11,324 nt of DNA from Octopus sinensis (Eukaryota). Below the pieces are notes generated by a model. That model had not been told where the DNA came from and did no database searches. It saw only the letters and a program-made list of their open reading frames with translations. The DNA lies in NCBI RefSeq assembly GCF_006345805.1, contig NW_021827028.1, positions 1 to 11,324 on the forward strand, in the 5' to 3' direction. A program made the translations under genes and the position numbers. Below, one piece after another: positions 8,433 through 11,324 of the stretch (position 1 is the first letter of the stretch; every line of letters begins with the position of its first letter).

Positions 8433-8838
8433 CTCTTTACTATTTCACTTGTTTCAGTCATTTGACTGCGGCCATGCTGGAGCACCGCCTTTAGTCAATC
8501 AAATCGACCCCGGGACTTATTCTTTGCAAGCCCAGTACTTATTCTATCGGTCTCTTTTGCCGAACCGCTAAGTAACGGGGACATAAACACACCAGCATCT
8601 GTTGTCAAGCAATGCTAGAGGGACAAACACAGACACACAAACACACACACATACACACATATATATACATATATACGACAGGCTTCTTTCAGTTTCCGTC
8701 TACCAAATCCACTCACAAGGCTTTGGTCGGTCCGAGGCAATAGTAGAAGACACTTGCCCAAGATGCCGCGCAGTGGGACTGAACCCGGAACCATGTGGTT
8801 GGTAAACAAGCAACTTACCACACAGCCACTCCTGCGCC
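8432..8838 (-). mobile_element. tRNA-derived SINE with internal microsatellite, copy 3 (most complete)
   Basis: Complete head, CORE-like segment, internal (TA/TG)n at about 8625-8675 and tail ...tgactgaaacaagt. Flanked on both sides by (TA)n. Confidence 0.95.
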
Positions 8839-8841
8839 TGC

Positions 8842-8842
<1 letters not shown>

Positions 8843-8908
<66 letters not shown>

Positions 8909-8929
8909 CATACATACATATATATATAT
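8843..8929. repeat. (TA)31 followed by (CATA)n/(TA)n
   Basis: Read directly. Confidence 0.97.
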
Positions 8930-9445
8930 AATGGAAATTTATTAAATAATTGTGAAATAGTCATAAAGATATTTACAAAAATTTATTAAGTAAGCACTTG
9001 TTGATAGTGTCTGTCGAAATATTAGCAACGTAGATGAGATCAGATCAAAGATCAATACAGAGGTTTTATTGTACAAATTCTGTGTCATTGATTCTTTTAC
9101 TAGTTTTCATAAATCTACCTTTCTTTAGAGAATCAATTTATTTTTCATATAAAGAGCCCCCACCCTAGCTGGGGTATGATCCACAGATTTATAGCTCAAG
9201 ATGTAAGCAGAGGAATGTAGCTAACCTAGAGACACAACACGATGACTGTTGTTAGGTTTATTAGTGTCAAGAAGAACATTCAGCTATAAATAATACTTTA
9301 GATAAACTGAAGTTTACAATATCAATGTTATCTTTTGCAAGATTTTAGAACCATCAACTTCTGTTTATTGTTGTTTAATTTATTTCATAGGTTTTTAAAA
9401 ACTGATTTGCTTTCTTTCTTTTTTGACTGATTTTATTCAAAAGAC

Positions 9446-9523
9446 ATGGAGGATATCGAACAGAAAATTGAGAATGGTGACATTGAAGGAGTTAAAGATT
9501 TAATCAGAAAGGATCCAACAATA
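9446..9523 (+). CDS. Candidate first coding exon of a host gene, ankyrin-repeat-like N-terminus (exon 9444-9523)
   Basis: Pyrimidine tract and branch-like CTGAT, then ttcaaaAG|AC ATG G. It encodes MEDIEQKIENGDIEGVKDLIRKDPTI and ends at a consensus donor ATA|GTAAGT (phase 0). The other two frames contain stops. The (I)ENGDIEGVKDLI pattern resembles ankyrin A..GD...VK.L. No expression or homology evidence is available. Confidence 0.5.
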
Positions 9524-10324
9524 GTAAGTTGTTCTGTTTATTGCCTTCTCAAATTTTACTGTTTATTATTTTATACCCAATATGAAATGTTTTATACACA
9601 ATATGAAAAGTAGCCACATATATTTGTCGATGATATTTGATTTATTTCTTCACCTCTTTTCTCTAATCTTCATCATCGACATTTTTATAAATATTTATCC
9701 AAACATTGAGACATGGCAGAATTGATGGAATGTGAGTGAGAAAGAAATCCATCAAACACTGCAATGGGGTGTTCTGGCGGGAAGTATTCAGTCCAAGAGA
9801 TGAGACAGATGAGAGAGATAATGGATTGGTGACATAAAGAAGTCCTCTTGCCATACAAAGTTGAAGGTTTTACTGGTGTCAAGGATTTACACCATTTTTT
9901 ATAGAATTTGTTACACATATGAAAACACTGGTGTGTCACATAGGAATCAAACCCCACTTTATAAAACTGTATTGGTGTTCATTGAATCTAGAAAGACACC
10001 TAAAGGGACAAAGGTGATTTTTTTAATGAAGTTTAATTTACTATTGAAATATTGGAAGTTAGAATGACAGGATGGCAGTCAATAGATGGGATAGTGTCTG
10101 CAGGAATATAGAGCAGGGCTTCTCATAGTGGTCACTACCACCAATGTGTGGGGGCCGTGGGAACATTTTATATTAGTTTATGTATATATGACACTCAAAG
10201 AATATATAACTGAGTTTGGCTGAAGCCTAGTATTAAAGGTTGAATGAGTAAAAAAAGCGAAGTGGTGATGCATCAAATATTTACTTATTGTGAGGTGGTG
10301 TTGTGGTAAGTAGTCACCCACCAG

Positions 10325-11324
10325 GGTGGCGAGAAAGGTAAATAAATACCCCCTTCCCCCGAAAAATGGCTAGGAGTTCCCCAAGCTTTTCTTGAATAAG
10401 ACTGTACATAAGATCGGGACAGTTACAATTTCCCCTGTCATCTGTAGTGGAGGAATTTAAAGTAGCAAAATGTAATATTGTAATGATGTAGAGAGACTCT
10501 AAGGACGAGCTTGTCAGACATGCAGGTATTACCACAAGGTGTGGGTAACTAGCACCGCTGTCGCTCAGGTTCAACGCATGCTGGAGCTACGCGTCATAAT
10601 TGGAGCTACATGTTGGGGTCGCCAGGGACTTGGCTCTTTCTATTTCCAACAACGGAAGAAGGCAGACACCAGGGAGAGGCGGGTTATGACTCAGAAAGCA
10701 TTGTGGTTCCAGGAGGAAGATACAAGGAAATCAAGAGCTGAGTGCATGAACTAAATAGGATCTCCCTAAGAGGAAGCTCTCATGGACTGACCTATGGAGG
10801 CTGGAACCTTTGTACATCTCCTTCCTGCATGGAGCGGTGTATGACACACTCCCGATGCCAACAAACCTACACAGATAATGTTTGAGGGAAGACCAGCTGT
10901 GTAGACTTTGTAGGAAAGGGGTTCTCTGGCACACATCTTGGCAGGGTACTGAATAACACTTTCTCAAGGCAGATACAAATACTTGCTCACACCCTGGAGC
11001 AGTAAAAGTGTAAGAATCATCATCACCAAGGGAATATAACTGCCGCTATTAAGTTCGTGGAAGAGGGAGAGAAAGCAGTAAAGCTAGCAAAAGCAATACA
11101 CATCTTGCTGCAAGGGTCTCAACAATGGGATATGAAGGTAGACTTAGGGAAGAGATTGCAGTTTCCCCAGGATATCCATACAACCCTGAGGCCTGATGTG
11201 GTCCTGTGGCCTGAAAAGGCTCAGAAAATTATCATAATTGAATGAACAGTCACGTGGCGAGCGGGTTGTAACGAGGCCCATGAACGGAAGTGTGACAGAT
11301 ATAAGAGCTTTCTGCAGGCTCCAT
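10325..11324 (+). mobile_element. 5'-truncated, decayed non-LTR retrotransposon with restriction-like endonuclease (HERO-clade-like); continues past the window end
   Basis: Across stops and frameshifts: KWLGVPPSFS*IRLYIRSGQLQFPLSSVVEEFKVAK...RDSKDELVRHAGITTR/WVTSTAVAQ...GRQGLG.../A*TK*DLPKRKLSWTDLWRLEPLYISFLHGAVYDTLPMPTNLHR*CLREDQLCRLCRK/SLAHILAGY*ITLSQGRYK (CCHC-type knuckle), then W.MKVDLGKRLQFP...LRPDVVLWPEKAQKIIIIE*TVTW...EAHERKCDRY (PD..E RLE core). The RT core is absent. Confidence 0.9.

Noticed and set aside
1962-8989. ORFs rich in IYIY, HTHT or CVCV (e.g. 1962-2315, 2281-2916, 7840-8206, 8615-8989)
   Set aside because: These are translations of (TA)n, (CA)n and (TG)n tracts and SINE bodies, not proteins.
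9711-9731. 21-nt micro-exon candidate (AG|ACATGG...GAAT|gtgagt)
   Set aside because: It gives TWQN* in the phase set by the 9523 donor and has a weak pyrimidine tract next to the AG.
9663-9957. Minus-strand ORFs with AVFDGFLSH (DDE_1-like) and QNTPLQ (ankyrin-like), plus a pyrimidine-rich acceptor
   Set aside because: Each is a single short motif with no supporting flanking homology; compatible with chance.
10110-10165. cagggcttctcatagtgg, resembling a hAT-Charlie terminal repeat
   Set aside because: No partner TIR or 8-bp TSD was found.
1-11324. CRISPR array or other prokaryotic system suggested by recurring 30-60 nt words
   Set aside because: The recurrences are dispersed SINE copies without regular repeat-spacer periodicity, and the context is eukaryotic.

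Overview
Eukaryotic, AT-rich, microsatellite-dense DNA, most likely an octopus (coleoid cephalopod) intron or intergenic region. The species is inferred from recognising the tRNA-derived SINE families, not from a search. Almost the whole window is decayed transposable elements. These are a Penelope-like element in two collinear pieces (RT and GIY-YIG endonuclease, the latter split by a SINE with a 12-bp target-site duplication), a Ty3/gypsy integrase, an internally deleted DD37D (maT) transposon, a 5'-truncated HERO-type RLE non-LTR retrotransposon running off the right edge, about a dozen SINE copies or fragments from several families, and two unclassified two-copy repeats. The only candidate host coding sequence is a short exon at 9444-9523 (MEDIEQKIENGDIEGVKDLIRKDPTI, ankyrin-like). 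Apart from a few that overlap the decayed TE reading frames, the supplied ORFs are artefacts of microsatellites and SINEs. I found no intact gene, tRNA, CRISPR array or ribozyme, and no convincing evidence of a new biological system. The main interest is the nested TE history, SINE modularity and inverted SINE pairs.
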